From Blastocatellia bacterium AA13 (GTDB taxonomy: Bacteria; Acidobacteriota; Blastocatellia; UBA7656), in NCBI GenBank assembly GCA_003222245.1, contig QHVH01000011.1, positions 5,910 to 69,909 of the forward strand: a stretch of 64,000 nucleotides of DNA, given 5' to 3'. The position numbers and the translations under genes are program-made. Below the pieces are notes generated by a model. It saw only the letters and a program-made list of their open reading frames with translations, was not told the origin of the DNA and did no database searches. Below, piece after piece: positions 1 through 10,828 of the stretch (its first letter is position 1; each line of letters opens with the position of its first letter).

Positions 1-1581
1 CGCCAATACGGCGTGCCTTCGGTCAATCTCGATCTCTTCGAGGTTGATTCGGCCGCCGTTTCGCTGGTACCGCAAGAGACCGCCGAACGTTACTCAGTGC
101 TTCCTCTGTCGCGCGTGGGATCAACGCTGACCCTGGCAATGATCGATCCCACTAATGTGTTTGCGATCGACGATATCAAGTTTATGACCGGGCTCTCGGT
201 TGAGCCCGTCGTGGTGAGCGAGCCCGCTCTCGCGCTCGCAATTTCGAAATATTACGGAACCTCGCGAGAGATCGAATTGGCGCGGGTCATGGAAGACCTC
301 GTCGCCGAATCCACCAACCAGAACGTCTACGGCGAAGACCTCGAAGACGTCGAGCTCGAAGACCTTGAGGAAGAGATCGATCTCGAGAACCTTGAGCGAA
401 TGGCCGACGACGCGCCGGTCGTCAAGCTGGCTAACGTCGTAATGGTAGACGCCCTGCGACGGGCGGCGTCCGATATTCACGTCGAACCGTATGAACGCGA
501 GTTCAGAATCCGCTTCCGGATGGACGGAGTGCTGCACAACATAATGTCTCCGCCGCTCAAGATGAGGGATGCGCTCACGTCGCGCCTGAAGATCATGGCG
601 CGGCTCGACATTGCCGAAAAGCGTTTACCGCAGGACGGGCGAATCAAGATAAGAGTGAAACTCGACGGACGTTCCAGAGAACTTGACCTCCGCGTATCGA
701 CGCTGCCGACGATCTACGGTGAAAAGATCGTGATGAGGTTGCTCGACAAAGAAAACCTCCGGCTGGACATGACTCAACTCGGTTTCGAGTCCGAAAGCCT
801 CGTAAAATTCAAACGAAACATCTCACGGCCTTACGGAATGGTGCTGGTGACCGGCCCAACGGGTTCGGGAAAGACTTCGACTCTCTATTCGGCCCTTCAA
901 AGTCTCAACACGATCGACACGAACATCATGACCGCCGAGGACCCGGTCGAATTCAATCTCGCCGGGATTAATCAGGTTCAGATGAAGGAGTCGATCGGGC
1001 TCAACTTCGCCGCGGCGCTTCGTTCATTCCTGCGCCAGGACCCGAACATCATAATGGTCGGCGAAATTCGAGACTTCGAAACCGCCGAGATTGCCGTCAA
1101 AGCCGCATTAACCGGCCACCTCGTCTTGTCGACGCTTCACACGAACGACGCGCCTTCCACGATAAGCCGATTGATGAACATGGGCATTGAGCCATTTCTG
1201 GTCGCAACATCCGTGAATCTTATTCAGGCGCAGAGACTCGTTCGCAAAATTTGCAAAGAGTGCAAGACCGAATTGCACGTGCCCATTGAAGCGCTGGTTG
1301 ACGTCGGTTTTAATGCCAGCGAGTCAAAGGAGATTCAGGCTTACAAAGGAATGGGATGCGCGGCCTGTAACAATACGGGCTACAAAGGCCGTGTCGGTTT
1401 GTACGAGGTTATGGAAGTAACCGACGAGCTGCGCGAACTGATCCTCGTGGGCGCATCGGGGCTCGAGCTGCGACGCAAGGCAATGGAAGAGGGAATGTTG
1501 ACGCTGAGAATGAGCGGTCTTGAGAAGATTCGCCGCGGACTGACCACCGTGGAAGAAGTAGTTCGAGAAACCGTGAAGTAA
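1..1581 (+). CDS. pilB: Type IV pilus assembly ATPase PilB (5'-truncated by window edge)
   Basis: Frame open from base 1; Walker A GPTGSGKT, LRQDPNIIMVGEIRD, TGHLVLSTLHTN, CKEC/CAAC zinc motif; followed by pilT and pilC. Confidence 0.95.
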   Translation, partial: RQYGVPSVNLDLFEVDSAAVSLVPQETAERYSVLPLSRVGSTLTLAMIDPTNVFAIDDIKFMTGLSVEPVVVSEPALALAISKYYGTSREIELARVMEDLVAESTNQNVYGEDLEDVELEDLEEEIDLENLERMADDAPVVKLANVVMVDALRRAASDIHVEPYEREFRIRFRMDGVLHNIMSPPLKMRDALTSRLKIMARLDIAEKRLPQDGRIKIRVKLDGRSRELDLRVSTLPTIYGEKIVMRLLDKENLRLDMTQLGFESESLVKFKRNISRPYGMVLVTGPTGSGKTSTLYSALQSLNTIDTNIMTAEDPVEFNLAGINQVQMKESIGLNFAAALRSFLRQDPNIIMVGEIRDFETAEIAVKAALTGHLVLSTLHTNDAPSTISRLMNMGIEPFLVATSVNLIQAQRLVRKICKECKTELHVPIEALVDVGFNASESKEIQAYKGMGCAACNNTGYKGRVGLYEVMEVTDELRELILVGASGLELRRKAMEEGMLTLRMSGLEKIRRGLTTVEEVVRETVK

Positions 1582-1621
1582 CAGCGCGCCGCGGCGCTCA
1601 AGTTACGCGTCGGGAGGTAGC

Positions 1622-2806
1622 ATGGCGGAAGTTGCACTGAGTGAGTTGCTGAAGAAGCTAATCGAGCTTAACGGCTCTGACCTTCACATAACGACCAATT
1701 CACCGCCGATGGTGAGAATCCACGGGGTGTTGAGATCTCTCGAATACGGCGACATGACTCCGGCGGAAACCAAGCAACTCGCGTATTCGGTTCTTACCGA
1801 CGCGCAGAAGCACAGGTTTGAAGAGACGCTGGAGCTCGACTTCTCCTTCGGAATCAAAGGGCTCTCCCGTTTCCGCGCCAATATATTCAATCAGCGCGGA
1901 GCCGTCGGCTGCGTGTTCCGTACCATCCCGTACGAGATTCGCTCTTTCGAGGATCTCGGGCTGCCAACCGTCGTTCATCGGCTCTGCGAAAAACCAAGAG
2001 GATTAGTGCTCGTCACCGGGCCTACCGGCTCCGGCAAGTCTACGACGCTGGCAGCGATGCTGGACAAGATAAATCGCGACCGGCACGAGCACATTATCAC
2101 CGTCGAGGATCCCATCGAATACCTGCACGCCCACAAAGGCTGCATCGTGAATCAACGCGAGGTTCACGGCGATACGCATTCGTTCGCGAACGCGCTCAGA
2201 GCCGCTCTGCGACAAGATCCCGATATCGTGCTCATCGGAGAAATGAGAGACCTCGAGACTACCGAAACGGCGCTTAGAATCGCGGAAACAGGCCATCTTA
2301 CGTTTGCGACATTGCATACGAATTCGGCCGTCTCATCGATCAATCGCGTCATCGACATCTTTCCCGCGCACCAGCAGGCCCAGATTCGAACGCAGCTCTC
2401 GATGGTGCTCGAAGGAATCCTGACACAATCGTTGATTCCCAAAGCGAATGGACAGGGCCGCAGCCTGTCAATGGAGATCCTCGTGCCCAACGCCGCTATC
2501 AGAAACCTGATCCGCGAGGACAAAGTTCACCAGATTTATTCGACCATGCAAACCGGCCAGGAAAAATACGGGATGCAGACATTCAATCAATCCCTGGCGA
2601 TGCTTTATTTCAAGAAGCAAATCACGCTCGAGATGGCATTATCTCGCTCGTCCAACGTAGACGAGCTCCAGGATTTGATCAGCCGCGGAGCCGCGGCGCT
2701 GCAAAGCGGCCAGTCGCCGGTCGGCGCTGCCGGCACGCCAAACCCGGGCCGCGGGCCTGGGCAACCGCAACGGCCAATGGCGCCTTTTGGACGAGTAGGA
2801 AAATGA
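1622..2806 (+). CDS. pilT: Type IV pilus retraction ATPase PilT
   Basis: GPTGSGKST, ALRQDPDIVLIGEMRD, TGHLTFATLHTN, AIRNLIRE and GMQTF signature motifs; GGAGG RBS. Confidence 0.96.
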   Translation: MAEVALSELLKKLIELNGSDLHITTNSPPMVRIHGVLRSLEYGDMTPAETKQLAYSVLTDAQKHRFEETLELDFSFGIKGLSRFRANIFNQRGAVGCVFRTIPYEIRSFEDLGLPTVVHRLCEKPRGLVLVTGPTGSGKSTTLAAMLDKINRDRHEHIITVEDPIEYLHAHKGCIVNQREVHGDTHSFANALRAALRQDPDIVLIGEMRDLETTETALRIAETGHLTFATLHTNSAVSSINRVIDIFPAHQQAQIRTQLSMVLEGILTQSLIPKANGQGRSLSMEILVPNAAIRNLIREDKVHQIYSTMQTGQEKYGMQTFNQSLAMLYFKKQITLEMALSRSSNVDELQDLISRGAAALQSGQSPVGAAGTPNPGRGPGQPQRPMAPFGRVGK

Positions 2807-2923
2807 AACGCAATAGGTGCAAGGGCGAAGCGGGCGCCTTCGCCGCTCCAGCACCCCGATGCGTCAGCGGTGCCCCCGCGGATCGAACAGTTGTCAGAGA
2901 AGAGCTTTCAGTGAGGGTCTAAA

Positions 2924-4147
2924 ATGCCAACTTATGTATTCAAGGGCCGCAACCGCCTTAACGAGATGGTAGTGGGAGAGCGGGTGGCTACTAATCGCTC
3001 AGCACTGGAGATGCTGCTGAGGCGCGAGCAGATCATACTGACAAACGCGCGCGAAAAAGGGCGCGAGATCAGTCTCCCGAAGGTTGGCCGCGAGAAAGTC
3101 AAACACAAACAACTCGCGCTCTTCACCCGGCAGTTCTCGGTGATGTTGGACGCCGGATTACCGCTCGTGCAATGTCTCGAAATCCTGGGTCAGCAGCAAG
3201 ACAACAAGGCATTTCAAAAAGTAATCCTGCAAACGCGAGGGGACGTCGAGTCCGGTATGACGCTGGCCGACGCAATGGCCAAACATCCGCGTGTCTTCGA
3301 ACCTCTCTACACCAACATGGTGGCGGCCGGTGAAACGGGCGGTATCCTCGACATAATTCTTCAACGCCTGTCGACCTATCTGGAAAAGATGGTCAAGTTG
3401 AAGAGCGACGTCAGAAGCGCTCTCATTTACCCGATCGCGGTCATCATCATCGCGATACTTGTCATCACCGTGATCATGATCGTCGTGATACCGGCTTTCA
3501 AGAACATCTTCGAAGGACTGCTGGGCCCCGGAGAACGGCTTCCCTGGCTGACCGAAATCGTAGTTTCCATATCGCGGTTCATGGCCGGCTTCTGGTGGTT
3601 GATCGCGATAGTAATCGGCGTCATCTTCTTCGCGGTCAAGGCCTGGTACAGGACGCCTAAAGGAGAACGGTTCATCGACCGGGCGATTCTCAAGTTGCCG
3701 GTTCTCGGCGTAATCATGCAGAAGATAGCCATCGCGCGATTCAGCCGCACGCTTTCGACGCTTCTCAGCTCAGGCGTGCCGATCCTCGAATCATTGGACA
3801 TCACCGCGAAGACGGCTGGCAACGTCATCGTGTCCGAGGCGGTGACCAAGGTCCGCCTTGGAATCGAACAGGGCCAAACCTTCGTCGAGCCTCTTAAAGC
3901 GAGCGAGATATTCCCGGTTATGGTCAGCCAGATGATCGGAGTCGGCGAACAGACCGGCGCGCTCGATGCGATGCTTGCAAAGATCGCCGACTTCTATGAA
4001 CAGGAAGTCGACGCGGCGATCGCAAACCTGTTGAGCTTAATGGAGCCGATGATGATTCTCTTTCTCGGCGTGACCATCGGAACGATTGTAATCGCGATGT
4101 ACCTGCCGTTGTTCAGCCTTATCGGAAAACTCGCCGGCGGCAAGTAA
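2924..4147 (+). CDS. pilC: Type IV pilus inner-membrane platform protein PilC (GspF family)
   Basis: FTRQFSVMLDAGLPL, AGETGG, GEQTGALD, EPMMI...AMYLPLF motifs; pilB-pilT-pilC order. Confidence 0.95.
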   Translation: MPTYVFKGRNRLNEMVVGERVATNRSALEMLLRREQIILTNAREKGREISLPKVGREKVKHKQLALFTRQFSVMLDAGLPLVQCLEILGQQQDNKAFQKVILQTRGDVESGMTLADAMAKHPRVFEPLYTNMVAAGETGGILDIILQRLSTYLEKMVKLKSDVRSALIYPIAVIIIAILVITVIMIVVIPAFKNIFEGLLGPGERLPWLTEIVVSISRFMAGFWWLIAIVIGVIFFAVKAWYRTPKGERFIDRAILKLPVLGVIMQKIAIARFSRTLSTLLSSGVPILESLDITAKTAGNVIVSEAVTKVRLGIEQGQTFVEPLKASEIFPVMVSQMIGVGEQTGALDAMLAKIADFYEQEVDAAIANLLSLMEPMMILFLGVTIGTIVIAMYLPLFSLIGKLAGGK

Positions 4148-4179
4148 GACAGTAAGACCGCGAAAATCTAAATACCTGT

Positions 4180-4207
4180 GGGGCGGCCGCCGAGGGCCGC
4201 CCCTTTT
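4180..4207 (+). terminator. Intrinsic terminator after pilC
   Basis: GGGGCGGCC-gccgag-GGCCGCCCC followed by TTTT. Confidence 0.75.
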
Positions 4208-4317
4208 CACGATTGCTCGTCACCGGAACTCGTGTGAGGCGTGTGAGGGGGAACAATGGACGCCTCTTCCGCCTGCAAGGTAGACTCTGCCCAGCCGCTT
4301 ACAGGGGAGGTTATCAA

Positions 4318-5952
4318 ATGAAGTATCGGGCGTTGATTCTTCCGCTTCTTCTCGCAGCTATTTTTTTCAACCCTCTATCAACAAATTCTATAAACGCTTC
4401 CTCCCGTCAGGCGGCCGCGCCGACAAACGATGACGCCGCGCGAATCAAAGACGAAGCAGTGAACCATTCTCAGTTGATGGATACGCTCAGCTACCTGACT
4501 GAGGTCATAGGTCCGCGGCTGACGAACTCGCCAAATTATCGGAGAGCGGCGACGTGGACACGTGACAAGCTGGCTTCCTGGGAATTGAGCGATGCGCACC
4601 TGGAGCCGTGGGGGCCTTTCGGCCGCGGCTGGTCGCTTCAGAGCTTTTCGGCACAGGTGGTCGAGCCGCAAGCAATTCCTCTTATCGCATATCCCAAAGC
4701 GTGGTCGCCGGGAACACCCGGCGAAGTAGTTGCCGAGGCTGTCTACGTGAACGCGAAAACCGAAGAGGATTTACACCGGTTCAAAGGCAAATTGCGCGGG
4801 AAGATCGTGCTCACGTCGTCGCTTCGTTCCGTGTCGGCTCACTTTGAACCGCTCGCTACGCGATGGACGGCCGAAGATATGTTGAAGTATGCCGACGACG
4901 AGCCGTATCCGCCTGACAACCCAGTTCTGGCGCCTCAACCAACTCCCGCAGAGATCGCGCGCGGGAAGTTCTCGGCACAGAAGCTCAATTTCATCGCGGA
5001 GGAAGGCGCGGCCGCAATACTCGAGCCGAGCTTCGTCGCGGACGGCGGCACGATTGCCGTAATGAGCGCTTCCGTTCCACAGCCTGCCGATACGCCATCG
5101 AACAAACGCATCAGACCATGGGCTCCGGACGCGCCCAGGATAGCACCGCAGATTGTCGTGGCGGTCGAGCATTACAACCGAATACTGCGGATGTTGGATA
5201 AAGGCGAAAAAGTGAAGCTCGCGATGAATCTCTCAGTGCGGTTTCACGATGAAGACCTGATGAGTTCTCATACGATCGCGGAGATACCGGGCTCGGATCT
5301 GAAGGACGAAGTTGTAATGATCGGAGCGCATCTCGATTCCTGGCATGCGGGAACTGGAGCAACCGACAACGGCGCCGGCGTCGCGGTAATGATGGAAACG
5401 GTTCGAATCCTTCAAGCGCTCAAGTTGAAACCTCGGCGCACGATTCGCATCGCTCTTTGGGGAGGCGAAGAGCAAGCGGGCGGCTCTCGCTTCTACGTCG
5501 AAAAGCACTTCGGCAAATGGGAAACCAGTAATGATGGGGGCGGTCAATCAGAACGCCGGTTGATGAAAACTCCCGAATACGACAGGTTCTCGGCATACTT
5601 CAACTTCGATGCTGGAACCGGAAAAGTGCGCGGCGTCTTTCTCGGAGGCAACGAGGGATTGCGCCCCATTCTGCGCCCGTGGCTAAAGCCCTTTGAAGAA
5701 CTCGGCGCGTCAACGTTGACCATCAACGGCGATTGGGGTTCGGACTTCGCGTGGTTCGATCAAATCGGTCTGCCGGTGGTCAACTTCATACAAGACGAGA
5801 TTGAATATGAGACCCGCACGCACCACACAAACCAGGATGTACTGGATCGAATTCAACCCGGCGATTTGAAACAAGCGGCGGCGGTAATGACCTACTTCGT
5901 CTATCAAACCGCTATGCGGAACGAAAAGCTGCCGCGCAAAACGATCAGATAA
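4318..5952 (+). CDS. Secreted M28-family metallopeptidase (carboxypeptidase Q-like, PA-domain insert)
   Basis: GGAGG RBS before ATG 4318; signal peptide; GPRLT, GAHLDSW, DNGAG, GGEEQ, SDF, HHTNQD zinc-peptidase motifs. Confidence 0.88.
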   Translation: MKYRALILPLLLAAIFFNPLSTNSINASSRQAAAPTNDDAARIKDEAVNHSQLMDTLSYLTEVIGPRLTNSPNYRRAATWTRDKLASWELSDAHLEPWGPFGRGWSLQSFSAQVVEPQAIPLIAYPKAWSPGTPGEVVAEAVYVNAKTEEDLHRFKGKLRGKIVLTSSLRSVSAHFEPLATRWTAEDMLKYADDEPYPPDNPVLAPQPTPAEIARGKFSAQKLNFIAEEGAAAILEPSFVADGGTIAVMSASVPQPADTPSNKRIRPWAPDAPRIAPQIVVAVEHYNRILRMLDKGEKVKLAMNLSVRFHDEDLMSSHTIAEIPGSDLKDEVVMIGAHLDSWHAGTGATDNGAGVAVMMETVRILQALKLKPRRTIRIALWGGEEQAGGSRFYVEKHFGKWETSNDGGGQSERRLMKTPEYDRFSAYFNFDAGTGKVRGVFLGGNEGLRPILRPWLKPFEELGASTLTINGDWGSDFAWFDQIGLPVVNFIQDEIEYETRTHHTNQDVLDRIQPGDLKQAAAVMTYFVYQTAMRNEKLPRKTIR

Positions 5953-6046
5953 GACCTCGGCGTCATTCGCAGCTCTAATCCATTGAGATCGCGTCTCGTG
6001 ATCGGTCGCCGGCTTTCGGCGGACTAGCTTTTTGATAAAGCGGAAA

Positions 6047-6610
6047 TTATTCGGGCTCGAACTCGTCGCGCACTCTGGTAACGCCGTTGGCGACCCGCGA
6101 GTTTGTGTGATGGTTGTGCCGGTTGTCGGTCTTGATAATCTCGTCTATGTGCGAGTCCAGCTCAATGAATTGATCGGCCACATCGATCAACCGCGGGCTC
6201 GTGTTACTGCGGAAGCCGGCAAGCTCAACGCGCACGCCTTTGTAGGCGATCGCGTTTATTGCATACGCGAAATCTTCATCTCCGGAGACGAGTACCGCGG
6301 TTTCGTACTTATCGGCGAGGGAAAGCATATCGACGGCAATCTCGACGTCAAGATTTGCTTTCTTCGTGCCGTCGGCAAAAGTCTTCAATTCCTTTTCGAC
6401 TACGCGATATCCGTTTCTCCGCATCCAGAGCAGGAAGCCTTGCTGGCGTTCGGCTTTTTCGTCGACACCGGTGTAAAAAAAGGCGCGAAGAAGGTGTGAA
6501 TCACGCCTCAGAAATGTCAGGAACTTCGCGTAGTCGATCTCTACGCCCGCGGCTTTCGCCGCATGAAATAAGTTATTCCCGTCGATAAAGATAGCTATCT
6601 TGCCTCTCAT
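6047..6610 (-). CDS. NYN (LabA/DUF88, PIN-like) domain protein
   Basis: IFIDGNNL, KANLDVEIAVDML, LVSGDEDF, LIDVADQFI motifs; start chosen at MRGKI. Confidence 0.9.
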   Translation of the reverse strand: MRGKIAIFIDGNNLFHAAKAAGVEIDYAKFLTFLRRDSHLLRAFFYTGVDEKAERQQGFLLWMRRNGYRVVEKELKTFADGTKKANLDVEIAVDMLSLADKYETAVLVSGDEDFAYAINAIAYKGVRVELAGFRSNTSPRLIDVADQFIELDSHIDEIIKTDNRHNHHTNSRVANGVTRVRDEFEPE

Positions 6611-6903
6611 GAACCTTCCCGAGTTGATGTTTATGACGAATCCCTCCGTCAGTTGTCGAATGTCTAACACAGGCGTTTCAAGCTATGCAAGGATGTCACG
6701 AAGGACAGTTGCGCCCATCAGAAGCGCATCCAACCTCGGACCCCTCCAAAGTCTATGCTCCTCTTTTCTGTAGGTTTGCTGGCATCCTTTACGCCCGTCG
6801 CGGTCTCAAAATAGCTGCTACAATGCGCCGCGGAATTGAGTCGCGGACATCATTCGCAGGAAAGTCGCTTGTATTATCCAAACAACTCGACAGGAGGACA
6901 CCG

Positions 6904-7257
6904 ATGAAGGCCAGAATTTTCGCGGGCGTATCCATAGCCCTGATGTCGTTAGCTCTAACCGCGTGCCCGGAACGCATACGAATTGGAGATATAACACGTG
7001 ATCCAGGCCGCTTTTACAATCGAGAAGTAACCGTAGCGGGCCGGGTCAACCGTTCATACGGGGCGCTGGACAAGGGCGTCTATGAGATCGACGATGGCAC
7101 CGGAAAGATCTGGATTTTCACTGAGAGATACGGCGTCCCAAGCAGAGATGGGTATATTGGGGTCACAGGAAAAATAATTCCCGGAATAACCTACAACGGA
7201 ACAAACTACGCCACGGTGCTGCGCGAAACGAGGCGCCGCACGCATCCGGGGAATTAA
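6904..7257 (+). CDS. Small lipoprotein, OB-fold-like, unknown function
   Basis: AGGAGG RBS; lipobox LTAC; EVTVAGRV...YEIDDGTGKIWIF pattern typical of periplasmic OB-fold proteins. Confidence 0.65.
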   Translation: MKARIFAGVSIALMSLALTACPERIRIGDITRDPGRFYNREVTVAGRVNRSYGALDKGVYEIDDGTGKIWIFTERYGVPSRDGYIGVTGKIIPGITYNGTNYATVLRETRRRTHPGN

Positions 7258-7300
7258 GTCAATTCGACTTTTGCGTAATTCAGGCGTAACTCATTAACGC

Positions 7301-7342
7301 AAAAACAGGGCGGCCGCTGGAGACACGGCCCACCCTGTTTTT
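7301..7342. terminator. Bidirectional intrinsic terminator
   Basis: AAAAACAGGG..GGCCG / CGGCC..CCCTGTTTTT between convergent genes. Confidence 0.7.
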
Positions 7343-7400
7343 GACTGTAGCTCCCCTTAAACGCCGAGTTCGTTATCTCACAGGCACGAATTTTGACGCT

Positions 7401-8486
7401 TCAGCCGTGCGTTCGCTCAAACTCTTTCATGAAGCCAACGAGCGCTTCCACACCCTCGATTGGGAAGGCGTTGTAAATCGAGGCTCGGCACCCTCCCACC
7501 GACCGGTGGCCTTTCAATCCATCCATCCCTGCCCTGGTCGCCTGATTTACAAACTCCTTTTCGAGCTCCTCGCTTGGCAGACGAAACGTAACATTCATGA
7601 GCGAACGGCTGTCTTGCAATGCGTGGCCTCGATAGAAGCCTGAGGAGTCGATTGCGCCATAAAGCAGATCGCCCTTCTTCTTGTTTCGGCGCTCCATTTC
7701 TTCGAGGCCTCCCTGTTGGATCAGCCACTTCAGCACCAGCCGCATTATGTAAATCGGGAATACCGGAGGGGTGTTGTAGAGCGATCTTTCCTTCACGTGA
7801 GTCTGGTAATCGAGCATCGTATGAAGCCCCTTCGGTATGCGAGACAGAAGATCGTCGCGAATAATCACGAGGGTCACCCCAGCGGGGGCCAGGTTCTTCT
7901 GCGCGCCGGCATAAATGAGAGCATATTTCTTAACGTCAATCGGACGGCTGAAGATATCCGACGAGGCATCGGCCACGAGCGGCACGTCGCCGCTGTCGGG
8001 TTCATGCCTCCATTCGGTTCCGAAAATAGTGTTGTTGGTGGTGAAGTGAAGATACGCGGCCGCCGGATTCAGTTTGATCTCTTCCGGGCGCGGCGTTCGA
8101 TTGAAGTTATCGGGTTCGGTTGTAGCCGCGACGCTAACCTGGCCGATGCGCTGCGCCTCCTTCATCGCTTTCTTAGACCACGAGCCGGTGATTATATAAT
8201 CCGCGGTTCCCCCTTGCGGCAGTAGATTCATCGGAACCATCGAGAACTGCAGTGAGGCTCCGCCCTGCAAGAACAAGATGCGGTAGTTATCCGGTATGCC
8301 GGCCAGCTTGCGCAGATCGGCTTCCGCCCCAAGTATAATTTCATCAAAGGTCTTCGAGCGATGGCTGATCTCGAGCACCGACATGCCGACGCCCGGCAGG
8401 GCGAGCAGATCTCTTTGCGCTTCTTCCAGAACAGGCAGAGGTAGAACAGCAGGGCCGGCTGCAAAATTGAATATTCGCTCGGTCAT
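7401..8486 (-). CDS. serC: Phosphoserine aminotransferase
   Basis: FNFAAGPA, EISHRS, LQGGASLQF, YAGAQKNL (PLP lysine), GHRSVGGCRASIYNA. Confidence 0.96.
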   Translation of the reverse strand: MTERIFNFAAGPAVLPLPVLEEAQRDLLALPGVGMSVLEISHRSKTFDEIILGAEADLRKLAGIPDNYRILFLQGGASLQFSMVPMNLLPQGGTADYIITGSWSKKAMKEAQRIGQVSVAATTEPDNFNRTPRPEEIKLNPAAAYLHFTTNNTIFGTEWRHEPDSGDVPLVADASSDIFSRPIDVKKYALIYAGAQKNLAPAGVTLVIIRDDLLSRIPKGLHTMLDYQTHVKERSLYNTPPVFPIYIMRLVLKWLIQQGGLEEMERRNKKKGDLLYGAIDSSGFYRGHALQDSRSLMNVTFRLPSEELEKEFVNQATRAGMDGLKGHRSVGGCRASIYNAFPIEGVEALVGFMKEFERTHG

Positions 8487-8737
8487 AATCTTCGCTCCTA
8501 TATTAATTCAGTATGTATGTGCTCGATGAGCTTCCAATGGTAATAGTACGTAGGAAAAAAACAAAACGAAAAGATGCGGCGACGCTTTCAAGGTGTGATT
8601 GAGAATGTGACTTGACTTGGATAAGGGCGGGGGATCAGCGCCTTTGGATCAGCGATGGAAGGAGGCGTGAAGAAAAACGGCGATCTGCGTTCTTCCTATC
8701 AGAAAAAAGTGGGATGTGATTAGTTTTAGCCTCCGCG

Positions 8738-9475
8738 CTATACGGCCTGCGCGATGCCTATCTGCAACCGCTCTTCGAGGCGGGTTTCTTCATCTTCGAT
8801 AATGCGCCCATCAAAAAGGCGGATATAACGATCGGCGTAGTTCGCGTACCGAGGATCATGCGTGACCATACATATCGTTGAACCGCCTTCGTGCATCTCT
8901 CGAAGCAAGGCCATCACAGCTTCGCCGCTCTTGGAATCGAGATTTCCGGTCGGCTCATCGGCAAGCAAGATCGAAGGGCTTCCAGCCACTGCTCGGGCTA
9001 CCGCTACACGCTGCTGCTGTCCGCCTGAGAGCTGGCTTGGAAGATACTTGGCGCGGTGCGGCAGCCCGACCTTCTCGAGGGCTTCGCTCGCGAGGCGCTT
9101 TCGATCCGCGGCGTTGAGCCGGCGATAGGCAAGCGGCACTTCCACGTTTTGCAGCACGGTCAGGTCGCCTATCAAGTTAAAGGTCTGAAATATGAAACCA
9201 ACTTCTTTGTTGCGGATTCGCGCCCTTTCACGCAGATCCAGGTCCGCAACGGGCTCACCGTTGAGCAAATAGGAGCCGGCAGTCGGCGTGTCGAGCAATC
9301 CAAGAATCGAAAGAAGAGTTGATTTTCCGCAGCCCGAAGGACCGCCGATCGAAACATAGTCGCCTTTATTTATTTCAAGGTGGATTTTCGAAAGCGCGTG
9401 GGTTTCGACTTCTTCGGTGTAGAAGGCCTTTGAGACGTCTTCCAGGCGAATAAGCGGATTGCCGTTGGTATTCAT
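8738..9475 (-). CDS. ABC transporter ATP-binding protein (LolD/MacB type)
   Basis: GPSGCGKST, LSGGQQQR, LLADEPTGNLD, VTHD; GAGGAG RBS before ATG 9475. Confidence 0.92.
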   Translation of the reverse strand: MNTNGNPLIRLEDVSKAFYTEEVETHALSKIHLEINKGDYVSIGGPSGCGKSTLLSILGLLDTPTAGSYLLNGEPVADLDLRERARIRNKEVGFIFQTFNLIGDLTVLQNVEVPLAYRRLNAADRKRLASEALEKVGLPHRAKYLPSQLSGGQQQRVAVARAVAGSPSILLADEPTGNLDSKSGEAVMALLREMHEGGSTICMVTHDPRYANYADRYIRLFDGRIIEDEETRLEERLQIGIAQAV

Positions 9476-9566
9476 TCTTACTCCTCTCAAAAATCTAAGT
9501 TTGCGGCCGCTTCTCCTGGTTTCAAAGAAATTTTGATCTTCGCGAAAGTTTTCCGGCAAACTCAGA

Positions 9567-10601
9567 CTAAGCCCGATCGCTTTGTACCCACGAATCCGGA
9601 AGAAACGATTCGATCGCCGTCCCGACCCCCTGCTGGGTCGCAAGCTCGCGCACGAGCGTAGCCACGGCGATGTCCAATACGCCGAGTCCGAAGGGTGAGA
9701 ATATCGTGACTCTGTTTTTGTCGGCGTTCGGCTTTGCCGTGCCTACGAGTACGTCCGCCAGAGTCGAAGCTATGAAGTCGCGATTGCCGGACTTCTGCTC
9801 AGCCAGATGAACTGATGTTTGAGCCCTGCATACATGATCCACGTCGTCCACGACGTTGTGCGCGGAGAGGATTATTTCCGGAGCAAGATCTCTGAGCGAA
9901 ACGTGCAGAATCACGCTCTCCGGTCTGCACGATGAAATGTCGGAGACGTGAGGCACTGTCGCGGTCGTCGCAAAAGAGATCAGGTTCCCGCCCGCGAACG
10001 CGGCATCGAGATTTTCCGCTATCGAAATATTCAAATCCGGAAACGCAGCTTCACACCGCGTCCGGAAGAAACTCGCGCGGCGGCCATCCAGATCGAACAG
10101 GCTCAGCCGCTTTATGCCCGGACAGGCGCTGCGCAGAAACCGTATGATCTCGAAATTGATCACCCCGCAACCGATGATCGACGCGGCAGGCTCGCCCGTT
10201 TCTTTCAGTAGAGAAGCCGCGGCGAGCGCTGCGCTGGCGGCAGTCCGCTTGGCGCTGATGAGCGAGCCTTCGAGGAAAGCTTCCGGTCTCCCGGTTTTAG
10301 CCGAGTTGAGGACAATCACCGCCGAGGCGCGATCGAGCCCCAAATCGTGATTTGAAGGGAAAGACGAAACCCATTTAATTCCCGCCGAGTTGAAGTCGCC
10401 GCCCAGATACGCGGGCAGCGCGATAATTCGGCTGGTCTCATCACCGGGAAACCTCAAGAAGGTGGATTGAGGCAATGAGCTGGCGCCGCTTCCGTGCGCT
10501 ATGTAAGCGTGCTTGACCGTGTTGAGGAGCTCCCTTTCTCGCCCTGCAAGAAGAGAAAGGACCTCGCTGCCCTTGATTATGAGAAGACTGTCATTGTGCA
10601 T
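9567..10601 (-). CDS. sbnB: 2,3-diaminopropionate biosynthesis protein SbnB (ornithine cyclodeaminase family)
   Basis: RIIALPAYLGG, GIKWVSSFPSN, RASAVIVLN, ISAKRTAASAA, LHVSLRDL, FSPFGLGVLD. Confidence 0.9.
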   Translation of the reverse strand: MHNDSLLIIKGSEVLSLLAGRERELLNTVKHAYIAHGSGASSLPQSTFLRFPGDETSRIIALPAYLGGDFNSAGIKWVSSFPSNHDLGLDRASAVIVLNSAKTGRPEAFLEGSLISAKRTAASAALAAASLLKETGEPAASIIGCGVINFEIIRFLRSACPGIKRLSLFDLDGRRASFFRTRCEAAFPDLNISIAENLDAAFAGGNLISFATTATVPHVSDISSCRPESVILHVSLRDLAPEIILSAHNVVDDVDHVCRAQTSVHLAEQKSGNRDFIASTLADVLVGTAKPNADKNRVTIFSPFGLGVLDIAVATLVRELATQQGVGTAIESFLPDSWVQSDRA

Positions 10602-10785
10602 GTTTGTAGCTCCCTCGGCTCGCCGGCGTCTGCCCGTCCGCGTGTTTCCTTACTGAGCTATCAAGGTTTCATCGGGCTGCGGCAGCGCCCGGAGCTGCCG
10701 CGGCTCGATCGACCGGCATTTTACCCTGATCTCAGGGTGCGTTCTGGGTTGTTATGGGCTAGACATTGGCCTCCTGGAATCCGCG

Positions 10786-10828
10786 AAAAACCGGGCCTCT
10801 ACGTGAGAGATAAGCAGTCAGAGGCCGG
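10786..10828 (-). terminator. Putative intra-operon terminator between the mbtH fusion and sbnB
   Basis: Minus strand CCGGCCTCT...AGAGGCCCGG followed by TTTTT. Confidence 0.5.

Noticed and set aside
6780-6794. Possible sigma54 promoter TGGCATC-N4-ACGC
   Set aside because: The -12 element deviates from TTGC; too weak
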